From positions 1,312,001 to 1,376,000 of the forward strand of contig CP084167.1 in assembly GCA_021513715.1 (NCBI GenBank): a stretch of DNA of 64,000 nucleotides, given 5' to 3'. The notes below the pieces were generated by a model, which did not search any database, was not told the DNA's origin, and worked only from the letters and a program-made list of their open reading frames with translations. Source of the DNA: Candidatus Heimdallarchaeum endolithica. GTDB lineage: Archaea; Asgardarchaeota; Heimdallarchaeia; Heimdallarchaeales; Heimdallarchaeaceae. The position numbers and the translations under genes are program-made. This document shows positions 1 to 10,404 of the stretch, piece by piece; position 1 is the stretch's first letter, and each line of letters starts with the position of its first letter.

Positions 1-1031
1 GTTATTTTCTCAATATCATAAATGTTTGAAACTGAACTGAAACTTTCAAAATAGAATAATTTACTTAAAATTTCTACCTTCTTAAAATTAAGTTCTTCTT
101 GAATTTTTTCATATTTCATATCCTTTGAGAATTGTAAAGCATGATTTATCACTTCCAAAGCTTTTTCATTCCTATCAATTTCAACTAAAGTTTCAAGCAG
201 TTTACTACAAATATATAGAAACTGATCTGGCACAGTCCACCTAGAATTCATTATTAGGGAATCAGTAAAATCATCAATAATCAGAGGTTCAATTAAAGCT
301 ATTGGTTTTGAGAAAAGAAAAGAGATATAATACAAAATTTCATCATACAAATAATGCATTTTGCTTATATCCTTCAACATTCTAATAATTTCAGTCCTTA
401 TTTCTTTCTTCTGTGTTTCAGTAAATTTATTTGGTAAGGATTTAATGATGGTTAATAAATAAACAATTGCTATGAAGATAGAAGAAACATCATTACATTC
501 TTTACTAAGTTCCTTTAACCAGGCAAAGGTAGCAATGACTCCTTCTTTAAATTTGTCTAGTTCCCAGTATATTTTAGCCTTTAACTCCATTATTGTAATT
601 AGTTTTATATCAAAATTAGCAATGATTTTTTCTATTTTTTTCACTGATTTTAAAGACTTAGAGTACTTTCTTTGTCGATATTGTTCTAGAGCAATTTGAG
701 TTAATAGACCAAGTTCAAAATCCGTCATTTTATTATTTTTAGCTATTTTAGCTGCTTTTGAAAGATAACCTAGAGGATCTTTATTCTGATGTTGTAACAA
801 CTGACTAACAAACAAATAATATTTTAACAAAAATTGCTTGTTCTTCCAGATTTGAGTTAATTTAAATAAATATTCTGAAATTTTTTTGGCTTCTTCAATA
901 TCATTACTAGCTAAAAAGTCTTGACCTTTTAACGCCAATAGACTAAAGAAAATAGATTTAGAGCTTTTTTCATACTTGATTCTATATTTTTTAGCTAAGA
1001 AAAGTGGTAAATTATGTTCATCATCACTCAT
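1..1031 (-). CDS. Alpha-helical (TPR-like) hypothetical protein, partial, runs off the left edge
   Basis: Read manually, not in the ORF track. ATG at 1031 opens MSDDEHNLPLFLAKKYRIKY...; the first ~175 codons were checked and are stop-free and amphipathic-helical. Confidence 0.6.
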   Translation of the reverse strand, partial: MSDDEHNLPLFLAKKYRIKYEKSSKSIFFSLLALKGQDFLASNDIEEAKKISEYLFKLTQIWKNKQFLLKYYLFVSQLLQHQNKDPLGYLSKAAKIAKNNKMTDFELGLLTQIALEQYRQRKYSKSLKSVKKIEKIIANFDIKLITIMELKAKIYWELDKFKEGVIATFAWLKELSKECNDVSSIFIAIVYLLTIIKSLPNKFTETQKKEIRTEIIRMLKDISKMHYLYDEILYYISFLFSKPIALIEPLIIDDFTDSLIMNSRWTVPDQFLYICSKLLETLVEIDRNEKALEVINHALQFSKDMKYEKIQEELNFKKVEILSKLFYFESFSSVSNIYDIEKI

Positions 1032-1127
1032 AAAATCTCGTTTCCTTAGTATAATCTTTTTATGTTGTAATAAGTTTCTTTTTTTAAAGCATTTTGTTTT
1101 TACAATTTTATTGTTTTATCTATTGTT

Positions 1128-2708
1128 TTATCTATTGTTTAATTTTTCGAGTTCTCTTTTTGCTATTTTTCCTGGTCCGCTTAAAGGTAGTGAGTCTACA
1201 AATTCTATTTCTTTAGGAATTTTGTATGTAGCTATCTTATTTTTTAGGAACTCCGTAATCTGTTCCTTTGATATATTATAACCTTCTTTTTTTACTACAT
1301 AGAGTTTTCCTACTTCTCCATAATATTCATCTGGAATGCCAATCAAGGCAGTATAAGCTATTCCTGGTATTTTAAAGACTAGTTCTTCAACTTCTCTTGG
1401 GTAAATCTTTAATCCTCCAGAAATAATTACTTCTTTTAATCTGTCAACAATGAAAAAGAAACCCTCATCATCTATTGAGGCTAAATCACCAGTTCTCAGC
1501 CATCCATCTGAAGTAAAAGTTTTAATTGATTCTATTCCCTTTTTATAATAACCTAGCATAACCTGAGGACCTTTTATCACTAGTTCTCCTATCTCTCCTT
1601 CTATCATAATGTTTTGCTCTGTTTCTGGATCAATTATTTTCGCTTTTGTATCTGGTAATGGTAAACCGATTGAACCTAGTTTAGGAGAATCAGGTGGATT
1701 TAAGTGGGTTACAGGGCTACATTCTGTTAACCCATATCCTTCACAAATTTTAACACCAGTAAGTCTGTAAAATTTTTCACCTAACTCTTTTGCTAAAGGA
1801 GCTCCTCCAGAAACGCAAATCTCCAGTTTTAAATTCTTTACTGGTATTTTTTCTACAGTCAAAGCCACGTACATTGTTGGAACGGCATAAAGTTCTGTTA
1901 TATTTTCTTTAATTATTATTTCCCATACTTTTTTTGGATCAAATTTAGGTAATACGACAATTTTACTTCCTTTGAATAGTGGGGAAAAAACACAAACCAT
2001 TAGCCCAAAAGAATGATAAAAAGGAAGAACACCTAAAACTATTGTTTTTTCTGGATTTCTTTCTTTTCTATCTAAAGCTGTATTAAATTGAATAGAATTA
2101 GCTAATAAATTATAATGCGAAAGCACGACTGCTTTGGGTAATCCTGTTGTTCCTCCAGTGTATAATAATAGAGCTACTGAATTACTTTGACTTTGATCTT
2201 CAGTATAAAAGTCATTTTTTTCTAATATACTTTCTATCAGCACATAGTCATTTTCAGTTGGTTTAATATAGGCATATGAATCTGTGATTATTTTGATATT
2301 AAATGCATGATGTTTAATAGCTGTAGAAAATTTTTCTTTTAATTCTGATTCTGTGATTAATGCAATAGCATCAGAATCAATGAAATTATTAGATATATCT
2401 TTTTCTGATAATCTTGGGTTTAACAAAACAACTTTTGCTCCTACTTGAAAGCAAGCAAAAAGTGAAATTATAAAATAGTAAGAATTATTAAGTAATATTG
2501 CTACTGTATCTTCTTTTCCAATTCCAGAATAATCAAGAAAGAACGCTAGTTTATTAGAGTCTGTTATAAGTTCTTTATAAGAGTAATTTTTTTGACCTTC
2601 AACTACAGCTATTTTTTCAGGAATCTTATTTGCAACCATTAGAAGATTTTGATAGAGAGAATGATTTGGATAAGATAAAGTATAATTAGATTCATCAGAT
2701 AACTTCAA
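1128..2708 (-). CDS. fadD: Long-chain acyl-CoA synthetase (AMP-binding family)
   Basis: YTGGTTGLPK, EGYGLTE, GWLRTGD and the C-terminal GKI adenylation motifs. Confidence 0.9.
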   Translation of the reverse strand: MKLSDESNYTLSYPNHSLYQNLLMVANKIPEKIAVVEGQKNYSYKELITDSNKLAFFLDYSGIGKEDTVAILLNNSYYFIISLFACFQVGAKVVLLNPRLSEKDISNNFIDSDAIALITESELKEKFSTAIKHHAFNIKIITDSYAYIKPTENDYVLIESILEKNDFYTEDQSQSNSVALLLYTGGTTGLPKAVVLSHYNLLANSIQFNTALDRKERNPEKTIVLGVLPFYHSFGLMVCVFSPLFKGSKIVVLPKFDPKKVWEIIIKENITELYAVPTMYVALTVEKIPVKNLKLEICVSGGAPLAKELGEKFYRLTGVKICEGYGLTECSPVTHLNPPDSPKLGSIGLPLPDTKAKIIDPETEQNIMIEGEIGELVIKGPQVMLGYYKKGIESIKTFTSDGWLRTGDLASIDDEGFFFIVDRLKEVIISGGLKIYPREVEELVFKIPGIAYTALIGIPDEYYGEVGKLYVVKKEGYNISKEQITEFLKNKIATYKIPKEIEFVDSLPLSGPGKIAKRELEKLNNR

Positions 2709-2799
2709 GATTGTTCATGTTATTTTATTTAATAAGTATAAAAAATGTTACGATTAGAAAACCAAAAAAGATATTTGTATTTTTGCAATTATTATCATA

Positions 2800-3699
2800 A
2801 TGGATGATGATGACAATCAAAATTTAAATCTTGAACTAGCAAAAAAAATGATGGAGCAACAACTTTATGAGGAAGCCCTATCTATTTTGGAAAAAGGATT
2901 AACTGAAAACCCTTCCAACACTGATTTTCTCTGGTTAAAAGCAAAGATTCTCTTTATTACTGGAAAATTCAATCAAACAATTGATGTTCTATCTTCACTC
3001 ATTTTACAAGAAAAAAGTAATGCGAAAGCCTACGAATTAATGGGTGAAACATATAGATGTTTAAACAACCTTGATGTTGCTGAAGAATATTATCAAAAGG
3101 CATTAGAACTTGACTCTAAAAGTTTTCTTTCCTGGTTAGGAAAAGGAAAAATCGCTTATCACAAAGGAGATTTTCAGACAGCTATTCTCTGCTTTAAGAC
3201 ATTCGTACAAGAGCATAAGGAGCGAAGTGACATCTGGCATTTATTAGCTAAAGCTTATAAAGAAGCTAATAATGAACTTGAAGCTATTGATGCTTATAAT
3301 ATGGCTATTGACTTTGATCCACTAAATAAGGAATTGTATGAAGAATTAGGGGATATTTATTTCGAACTAGGACACAAGGATATAGCTAAAGAGAAGTACC
3401 TACAAGCACTACAAGTTGAAGAAAAAACAAGAGAGATGAACGTTTCACTTTATTTAAAAGTAATCAGAATTTTATTAGAAGAAAATCAAAATTTAAGAGC
3501 TTTTAATTTATGTAATGAGATCTTAGTTTTTCAAAAAAACAATGTTGATGCATTGTTTCTTTCAGGTGTTGCACTTATTCAGATGAGTAACATTCACGAA
3601 GGTAAAAAACGAGTAGAAGAGGCATATTCGATTGAAAAAAGAGATGATATCTGGGATTACTTAAATAATTTAGAAAAAGAAATTTATTTTAATAGATAG
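2800..3699 (+). CDS. TPR-repeat protein
   Basis: Repeated TPR signatures (AYELMGETY...AEEYYQKALELD; AIDAYNMAIDFDP). Confidence 0.9.
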   Translation: MDDDDNQNLNLELAKKMMEQQLYEEALSILEKGLTENPSNTDFLWLKAKILFITGKFNQTIDVLSSLILQEKSNAKAYELMGETYRCLNNLDVAEEYYQKALELDSKSFLSWLGKGKIAYHKGDFQTAILCFKTFVQEHKERSDIWHLLAKAYKEANNELEAIDAYNMAIDFDPLNKELYEELGDIYFELGHKDIAKEKYLQALQVEEKTREMNVSLYLKVIRILLEENQNLRAFNLCNEILVFQKNNVDALFLSGVALIQMSNIHEGKKRVEEAYSIEKRDDIWDYLNNLEKEIYFNR

Positions 3700-4473
3700 C
3701 TACTTTTTGGTTGGCTCTTTCTCACTAGAGATAATAACAATAGAAAGAAGAAGTAAAAGAATACTGAAAACTATAACTAATAGTACATTAATGATAATCT
3801 CTATGTTTGAGAAACTAAATGAAAATACATTCACAGGTATCTGAAGAAAGTTGTATCTTGCAGCTTCTTCTTGGTTCAGTAAACTTGAGACTAAAGTTAA
3901 ACTAAAGACTACTAAGACACTCACAGCACCAGAACTTAACTGAGATTTGGTAAAAGTTGAGATCAACAGTCCTATGCAAACATACAAAAGTAAGGATAAT
4001 ATAAAAAAACCACTTGCTAAAAGAAAAATTGGTATATCAGGTTTCCCAGCCATTAATATAATTAAGAAAAAAGCAAAAAGAGTACTGAATATATAAGGAA
4101 TAATTACAAGAAGAAAACGCACGATTGTTTTTATTATAATTAAAGAGGAATCTCTAACTGGAGCTGTTTTCAACAGTGTAAAAGTATTTTTTTCACGCTC
4201 TCCAGCAATAGCATCAACACATAAAATAACAGTGATAATACTTAGAATATTGTTAGCATTACTAAAAAATGTTTGACTCAAGACTGTAGGAGTCAACTCT
4301 GGAAATAGTTCAGAAGGGATGTCAGGAACAAGATAGGGTAAAGCGTACATCATTAAAATTGTAAATAAGCTAAAAATGATTATACCTGCAGTTATTGGAA
4401 GAAGTTTGCGTTTTGCATCTTTCCACTCTTTTATAAACAAAGAATAGTTAACACATCTTGAATTAATCTTCAT
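3700..4473 (-). CDS. ABC-2 type transporter permease
   Basis: About 6 TM segments, IAGEREKNT motif, adjacent to an ABC ATPase. Confidence 0.85.
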   Translation of the reverse strand: MKINSRCVNYSLFIKEWKDAKRKLLPITAGIIIFSLFTILMMYALPYLVPDIPSELFPELTPTVLSQTFFSNANNILSIITVILCVDAIAGEREKNTFTLLKTAPVRDSSLIIIKTIVRFLLVIIPYIFSTLFAFFLIILMAGKPDIPIFLLASGFFILSLLLYVCIGLLISTFTKSQLSSGAVSVLVVFSLTLVSSLLNQEEAARYNFLQIPVNVFSFSFSNIEIIINVLLVIVFSILLLLLSIVIISSEKEPTKK

Positions 4474-5419
4474 TTGAACTCACCATTTTGATAAACAATT
4501 GATCCAAATCAGGCTCATAATAACCAAAAGAAAGAATTGAATGCTTTTCCATTATTTTACTTAAAATTTCATTAAATTCATCAATAACATTTTCAGACTT
4601 TATTTGAAACAAAATCTTATTACCTTCAAATTCTATTTTTTTTATATTAGATACTTTTTTCAGAAAAGAAAAAATTTCTTCATTATCATTTGACTCAATA
4701 TAATAGACGTTTTTTGTTATTTTTTTTATTATATTCAGTGGAGTATCATGCTCCACTAATATTCCATTATTTAAGACGAATACTTCATCACTTAACTTCC
4801 AAATATCTGTTAAAATATGGCTTGAATAAAGAACTATTTTTTCTTTTGAAAGTTCTTTCATCAAATTGCTGACATGAGATCGAACTACAGGATCTAGTCC
4901 GCTCAAACTCTCATCTAAAATCAAGATATCTGGGTCGTGTAATAATATTCCAGCAATCAATAGTAACCTTTTTTGTCCTGTAGAGAGGTATCTTACAATT
5001 TTATTTGGAGAGTACTTTATTCCAACAAAATCTACAACTTCTTTAACTCTCTTTTTTCTTTGTGTTTTAACTAATCCATGTAGTCCTGCTAAAATGTGTA
5101 AAAAATCTCTTGCGCTTAAATTTTCATATAGACCAACATCTTCTGGAATAAATCCATAAATGTTTTTTTGAAATAATAACTTACGATTTACTGCAGTATT
5201 ATTTAGGATAACCTTTCCTTCTGTAGGAGTTAGTAAACCAGTAATACACTTAAACAAAGTTGTCTTTCCTGCTCCATTTGGTCCAATTAAACCATAAAGT
5301 CCAGGTTTATTAATACTCAAACTTATACCTTTTAGAGCAAAAAAAGAGTTAAACTTTTTCTTTAGGTTTTCAACTTTAACTCCAATCATTTGGTTTTCTT
5401 GTTTCTGTAATGGATTCAT
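4463..5419 (-). CDS. ABC transporter ATP-binding subunit
   Basis: Walker A GPNGAGKTT, signature LSTGQ, Walker B ILILDE, H-loop SSH. Confidence 0.95.
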   Translation of the reverse strand: MNPLQKQENQMIGVKVENLKKKFNSFFALKGISLSINKPGLYGLIGPNGAGKTTLFKCITGLLTPTEGKVILNNTAVNRKLLFQKNIYGFIPEDVGLYENLSARDFLHILAGLHGLVKTQRKKRVKEVVDFVGIKYSPNKIVRYLSTGQKRLLLIAGILLHDPDILILDESLSGLDPVVRSHVSNLMKELSKEKIVLYSSHILTDIWKLSDEVFVLNNGILVEHDTPLNIIKKITKNVYYIESNDNEEIFSFLKKVSNIKKIEFEGNKILFQIKSENVIDEFNEILSKIMEKHSILSFGYYEPDLDQLFIKMVSSNED

Positions 5420-5663
5420 GTTTAACTCGACCTATAATGAAATATAATATTGCTCCTATAGTACTAATCAACCATATAACTAGAATCCATAAAACAAATT
5501 CTGTTTGTTCTCGATAGGGGTGTGATTTTACTAAATCAATAGTGGCAAAAATCTGCAAACCCATTTGTAATAACACAAGAACAATTATAATGGATATCAT
5601 CAATAAGCTAAAGTTCATCATTGTAGATAGACAGTGGATTAACCAATTAATATATTTTTTCAA
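5376..5663 (-). CDS. PLDc_N-like small membrane protein (true start probably downstream)
   Basis: Two TM helices with WILVIWLISTIGAILYFIIGR, a type often found before ABC-2 operons. Confidence 0.7.
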   Translation of the reverse strand: MKKYINWLIHCLSTMMNFSLLMISIIIVLVLLQMGLQIFATIDLVKSHPYREQTEFVLWILVIWLISTIGAILYFIIGRVKHESITETRKPNDWS

Positions 5664-5687
5664 ATTTACTGTAATAATCCAAGAAAA

Positions 5688-7082
5688 TTAAGGTTTAGGA
5701 GAATTGTCCTTCTCTTTTTTTCTTTCTGGAAATTTATATGCAAAATAAATATCAATAGGGAGAAAAGTCAAAGTTATAAGAAAAGGTATAAGAAAAGAAG
5801 TTTTTTCTATTATCAAACCAGCAATTAAAGAGGTAGGTAACCATCCTAAACTCTGTAACCCTGAAACAGTTCCATAAGCTTCAGCTCTTCTTTGTTTATC
5901 AAAACCTGTCATTATTGATTGTATTCCAGGAACCCAAAAAGCTACTGAAGCTCCTAATCCTATCCAAGCTATCCAAATTGCATATTTTCTAAATTCAGGA
6001 GAAGTAAAGAAAGCAATGATATTCAATGTGATAAATAAACTCCCAGACACTTCACTCATAACTAGAATTTCGTTATTTTTGACTTTATCTGCAAATGAAA
6101 CGAAAATCATGAAAACGACAATTGTGCTAAAATTAAAGAAGAAAGTAAATTCTGCTATATCTCCTTCTGTAAAAGAATAAACGAGAATTGTACTTCCATT
6201 AAAAATAGATATACTTAGACCCCAAAGAAAAGAGTCAAAGATGAAGAAAGATAGAGCATATTTAAGTCTAGGTATTTTAAAAATGGAATTATACAATTCT
6301 ACTTCTTTTTCAACTTCTTTAAAGAATTCAGAATCAATGTTTCTTCTTTTAAGAATTTTCGTTCTAAAAAGATAGAATGGAATGGAAACCAATCTTACAA
6401 AACTTGTAAAAAAGGTTTTTATTATTATTGGAATTGATATGATAGATTGAATAAAGTCTTTTTTTAAACTCCATTTTACGTTTTCAATCAACAAAGATTC
6501 TCTTAAGAAAAATAATTGATAAATGTATAGAAAAACAAATCCTCCAAAAAGTAAATAAAAATAGATTCTTAGATCAACTTTTTGTGAAAAAATGCGAATT
6601 ATTAATGGTCCTACAAGACCTGTTGAGTAAAAAGCCAAATTAACAAAAGTAAATGAAGAAGTTTTTTTCTTTTCTTCTGAACTTTCAGCAGTTAATGCTT
6701 GTTTTGCTGGTTCTCTAATCCCAAATGCAAATGAAAATAACAATAGTGCACTTATAACAATGAATAAATTTCTTGATTGACTAAATAGAGCAAAAGCAAG
6801 TATGAACAAAAAAATACTTGATAAGTATGTCACTCTTCTTCCTCTTTTATCACTCACTTTGGCTGTCAGGATTAAAGAAGAAGATTGAATCATTGAACTT
6901 ATAGTTAGAATCAAACCTAATTTCTTCTCTGATTTAATAAATTGAACAATGTAAGGTTGTAATATTACGTTGTAAAAACCATTAATTAATCCCAATATCA
7001 GATTAGCTATGAATACAGTCTTAATATTTGAATATCTAAGTGGGTTAAGCGAAGTTTCAACTACACTATTCAATTTAATCAA
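5688..7082 (-). CDS. MFS transporter
   Basis: About 12 TM segments; motif A SDKRGRR. Confidence 0.85.
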   Translation of the reverse strand: MIKLNSVVETSLNPLRYSNIKTVFIANLILGLINGFYNVILQPYIVQFIKSEKKLGLILTISSMIQSSSLILTAKVSDKRGRRVTYLSSIFLFILAFALFSQSRNLFIVISALLLFSFAFGIREPAKQALTAESSEEKKKTSSFTFVNLAFYSTGLVGPLIIRIFSQKVDLRIYFYLLFGGFVFLYIYQLFFLRESLLIENVKWSLKKDFIQSIISIPIIIKTFFTSFVRLVSIPFYLFRTKILKRRNIDSEFFKEVEKEVELYNSIFKIPRLKYALSFFIFDSFLWGLSISIFNGSTILVYSFTEGDIAEFTFFFNFSTIVVFMIFVSFADKVKNNEILVMSEVSGSLFITLNIIAFFTSPEFRKYAIWIAWIGLGASVAFWVPGIQSIMTGFDKQRRAEAYGTVSGLQSLGWLPTSLIAGLIIEKTSFLIPFLITLTFLPIDIYFAYKFPERKKEKDNSPKP

Positions 7083-7196
7083 AACCTATTAATCTATTGT
7101 TATTATAAAGTTTCATTTATCAACGGAAAAGGAAGTTAAAAGTTTATTTTTTTTACAACTTTCCTCAATAATTATATTTTTTAATTTGATAGTCTA

Positions 7197-9071
7197 ATGT
7201 ATATTAAGATAAGTATGGATGATTTCGAATCTTTAGTAGCCAATTTGCCCATAGGAGTTGCTGTACTGCAAAATGACAAAATCGTTTATGCCAACACCTA
7301 TCTTTTAATGATGACTGGCTATTCTTATTCTGATGTTGAAAATAAATCAGTATTAAATTTTCTTCATCCAGACGACAAAGAGATTTTTATTAAGAGATTA
7401 GAAAAACGAAAAAAAGGAGAACCACTACGTAATGAAGTAATATATCGGATATTACAGAAAAATGGCTCAATCATCCTTACAAAAGTGGAAACCAAGGATT
7501 TCAAAATTCAGAAAGAGGACCTTATATTATTACTTGTAAAAAATATAGGTTCAAGTATGCTCATTTATCAACCTTTGGAGATCACAAGTTCTTTAATTGA
7601 TAGTTTAGCTTTTAATAATTCTTTTGGAATTTGGATTGATGACTTAAATGATAATACTATATTTGTAAATCAATTTCTTTGTGATGTTCTTGAAGTTACA
7701 CCAATAGAGGTTATAAATCATAAAATTACTGAATTTCTTCATCCTGATTCAAAGAATGTTTACAAAAAAATCCTAAATGAAAGAAAAGAAAATGTCCAAA
7801 CCTCTTCTTATGAACTTTCTTTAGTTAATAAAGAAGGAAAAATATTTCATTTTAGAGTCATTGGTTCTGTTTTATTTGATTTAGAAGGAAATAAAATAGC
7901 TTCAGTTGGACTTTTCTTCAATATTGATGAAATAAAGAAATCGAGCGAAGTTTTAAGTTTGCTCACTGAAATGGCTTTATCTCAAGAAATCCAATCAGAG
8001 AATTTTTGGAAAAATTCTATAACCAAACTACTTTCCATTTTTAATTTTGACTTTGGATTGATTTATTTTGAAGGAGAGATTCTCACTTCTATTCCTGAAA
8101 ATATCAATTTAGATTTTTTTTATGATAACTTTAATGAAATAATTAGAACAAAAGAAAATAGTCTAATATCCCATATTGCTACTGAAGTTTTTGGAAAGAA
8201 ATGCGAATCATCATATTATACACTTATTCCAACAAGAGAAATGTCATCAGGCTTTCTACTTCTAGGTTCAACCAAAACGCGTATGTTTGATGATACAACT
8301 AAAAGACTAGTAGACTTCTTTTCATCTCAAGTGGGATTGTTATATGAAAATAGAAAAAAAACTTTAGAAAAAGCTGAAGAACGTTCTTTCACTAGTCTTC
8401 TTTTAGATATTTTAAGTCATGATTTTGTTAATGCTAATACTTCTGTATTTGGTTATTTAGAATTAATGAGAGAATTTTTGATTAATAAACAATATGATAA
8501 ACTTGGAGACTATTTAGAACGTTCTACTGAGCTTCTTGAAAGGAGTGAAAGAATAGTAGAATCAATTCAACAGCTCACAAAGTTAAGAGCTTTTGATCAA
8601 CCAAAAGAGAGAATTGATTTAAAAAAGATTATAGATAGTGCTATAGAAACTCAAAAGGTTTTACTGCTTCCTAGAAAGTTACATGTGAAAGTTGAATGTC
8701 CTCTGGAAACAAAATTTTTCGGTAATCCCCTAATTAAAGAAGCTTTTGAAAAAATATTCAAACTAATTATTTATTTTAATTCTCAGGAAGAAGTAAAAAT
8801 AGAAATAAAATGTGATTATGTCAAACAAGATCAAAAAAACTATGTAAAATGTGAAATTACAGATAACAGTGAAGGAATCCCCGAAGAGATGCATTTTACT
8901 TTACTACAGAACTTAACAAGAGGAGACTCACGATTAAAGTCAGAAATAGGATTATGTCTTTATATTTCAAATGTAATTGTTAAATCACTTTCGGGAAAAT
9001 TAAATCTAAGACAGATAAAAAAGGATGGTAAGTCAATTGGTACAATCTACGAAATTTTCTTACCTTCTTAA
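7197..9071 (+). CDS. PAS-PAS-GAF sensor histidine kinase with a degenerate ATPase domain
   Basis: Two PAS domains (FLHPDD, FLHPDS), H-box LSHDFVN, HATPase-like C-terminus; next gene is a receiver protein. Confidence 0.85.
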   Translation: MYIKISMDDFESLVANLPIGVAVLQNDKIVYANTYLLMMTGYSYSDVENKSVLNFLHPDDKEIFIKRLEKRKKGEPLRNEVIYRILQKNGSIILTKVETKDFKIQKEDLILLLVKNIGSSMLIYQPLEITSSLIDSLAFNNSFGIWIDDLNDNTIFVNQFLCDVLEVTPIEVINHKITEFLHPDSKNVYKKILNERKENVQTSSYELSLVNKEGKIFHFRVIGSVLFDLEGNKIASVGLFFNIDEIKKSSEVLSLLTEMALSQEIQSENFWKNSITKLLSIFNFDFGLIYFEGEILTSIPENINLDFFYDNFNEIIRTKENSLISHIATEVFGKKCESSYYTLIPTREMSSGFLLLGSTKTRMFDDTTKRLVDFFSSQVGLLYENRKKTLEKAEERSFTSLLLDILSHDFVNANTSVFGYLELMREFLINKQYDKLGDYLERSTELLERSERIVESIQQLTKLRAFDQPKERIDLKKIIDSAIETQKVLLLPRKLHVKVECPLETKFFGNPLIKEAFEKIFKLIIYFNSQEEVKIEIKCDYVKQDQKNYVKCEITDNSEGIPEEMHFTLLQNLTRGDSRLKSEIGLCLYISNVIVKSLSGKLNLRQIKKDGKSIGTIYEIFLPS

Positions 9072-9082
9072 GAGGGATTAAA

Positions 9083-9442
9083 TTGGCTAAAATATTCATT
9101 GTAGACGATGATGTTGCAATTCAATACCTTTACAGTGAAGGACTGAAGATTAAAGGACATGAGATTTTAGGTGTAGTTAGCGATGGTGTTTCAGCTTTAG
9201 AGAAACTAGAGAATATGAAAGAGCAACCAGACATCATAATCCTTGATCATAAAATGCCATTAAAAAATGGTGTAGAGACATTAATTGAAATTAGAAAAAA
9301 TAACCTCTGTCCCAACGCAAAAATTCTTTTCATTACAGCTGATGGAACAATAAAAGAAACAGTAGAAAAATTCAAAGTTGAAAAATTCATTCAAAAACCA
9401 TTTAGTATTCTCAGTTTATTATCTGTTATTGATTCCATTTAA
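9083..9442 (+). CDS. Single-domain response regulator (CheY-like)
   Basis: IVDDD, ILDHKMP, FITA and KPF motifs. Confidence 0.92.
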   Translation: MAKIFIVDDDVAIQYLYSEGLKIKGHEILGVVSDGVSALEKLENMKEQPDIIILDHKMPLKNGVETLIEIRKNNLCPNAKILFITADGTIKETVEKFKVEKFIQKPFSILSLLSVIDSI

Positions 9443-9450
9443 TTACTTTT

Positions 9451-10320
9451 TTAATTTTCTGGAACATTTCTTCTTACTGAATCACGTATCTTTTGAATGG
9501 CTTTCATCACACTTTTTCTTACATACAAATTGTCATCTTTCATCATATCAAATAAAGGATTTAAAGCTAAAAGATTTTTCATTTCACCTAATGCATCTAC
9601 AGCACATTTTCTGATAAACCAATTTTCATCGATGGAAGCAACAAGCAATAGATCCAAAGCTTTTTCTCCTCCGATCAAAGCTATTGCTTGCGACAAAGAA
9701 ACTTGCAGATCTTTGTTATCTGCACTCATAAATAAATCAAAAAGTGGTTGAATTGCTTTTTCCACTTTCATTTTTCCTAAAGTCTCCGCAACACCTTTCA
9801 CAACTTCACAATCCGCATCATATAAAAATTGTAAAAGCAAGTCCTCATCTACTTTTTCTAGTTCAATTATCTCATCCCATTTAAATCTTGCAATATAAAA
9901 TAAGAGCTCTCCTTCAAGAGTTTCAGGTTTCCAGCCTAAAAAGTCTAATATTAAAGCTGCTTCATTTCTGACTTTTGAACTGTCATCTTTTAACGAAGGT
10001 TCAATAAAAGGTATTGCCTCATAAGCTTCAATTCTTCCTAAAGCTGTTATTGCATATAGTCTTACTTCTTCTGCACTATCATGTAAGGATATAACAAGTG
10101 AATCAATAGCTTTTCTACTACCTATTTTTCCTAACGTTTTTGCTGCTTGAGCTCTTACATCCTCATTTGGGTAAGAGAGGAAAGCTATAACTTCATCAAT
10201 TGCTTGATCTCTTTTTGAATTATCAGCAATAATCCCTAAGGTGTATATTTTCACAGCATCATCTTTTTCATGTAACGAAGCAATTAAAGCGTTAATATCA
10301 TCCTCTCTTATTTCAACCAT
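9451..10320 (-). CDS. HEAT/PBS-lyase repeat protein
   Basis: Repeated VR..AA..LG.I motifs. Confidence 0.9.
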   Translation of the reverse strand: MVEIREDDINALIASLHEKDDAVKIYTLGIIADNSKRDQAIDEVIAFLSYPNEDVRAQAAKTLGKIGSRKAIDSLVISLHDSAEEVRLYAITALGRIEAYEAIPFIEPSLKDDSSKVRNEAALILDFLGWKPETLEGELLFYIARFKWDEIIELEKVDEDLLLQFLYDADCEVVKGVAETLGKMKVEKAIQPLFDLFMSADNKDLQVSLSQAIALIGGEKALDLLLVASIDENWFIRKCAVDALGEMKNLLALNPLFDMMKDDNLYVRKSVMKAIQKIRDSVRRNVPEN

Positions 10321-10404
10321 TTATTTCATCTAAGCATTTCTTTATAATTATCATCAAAAGTTTTTCGAGAGTCCCAAAAATGAATGAAAAAAAGTGATGG
10401 AAGA

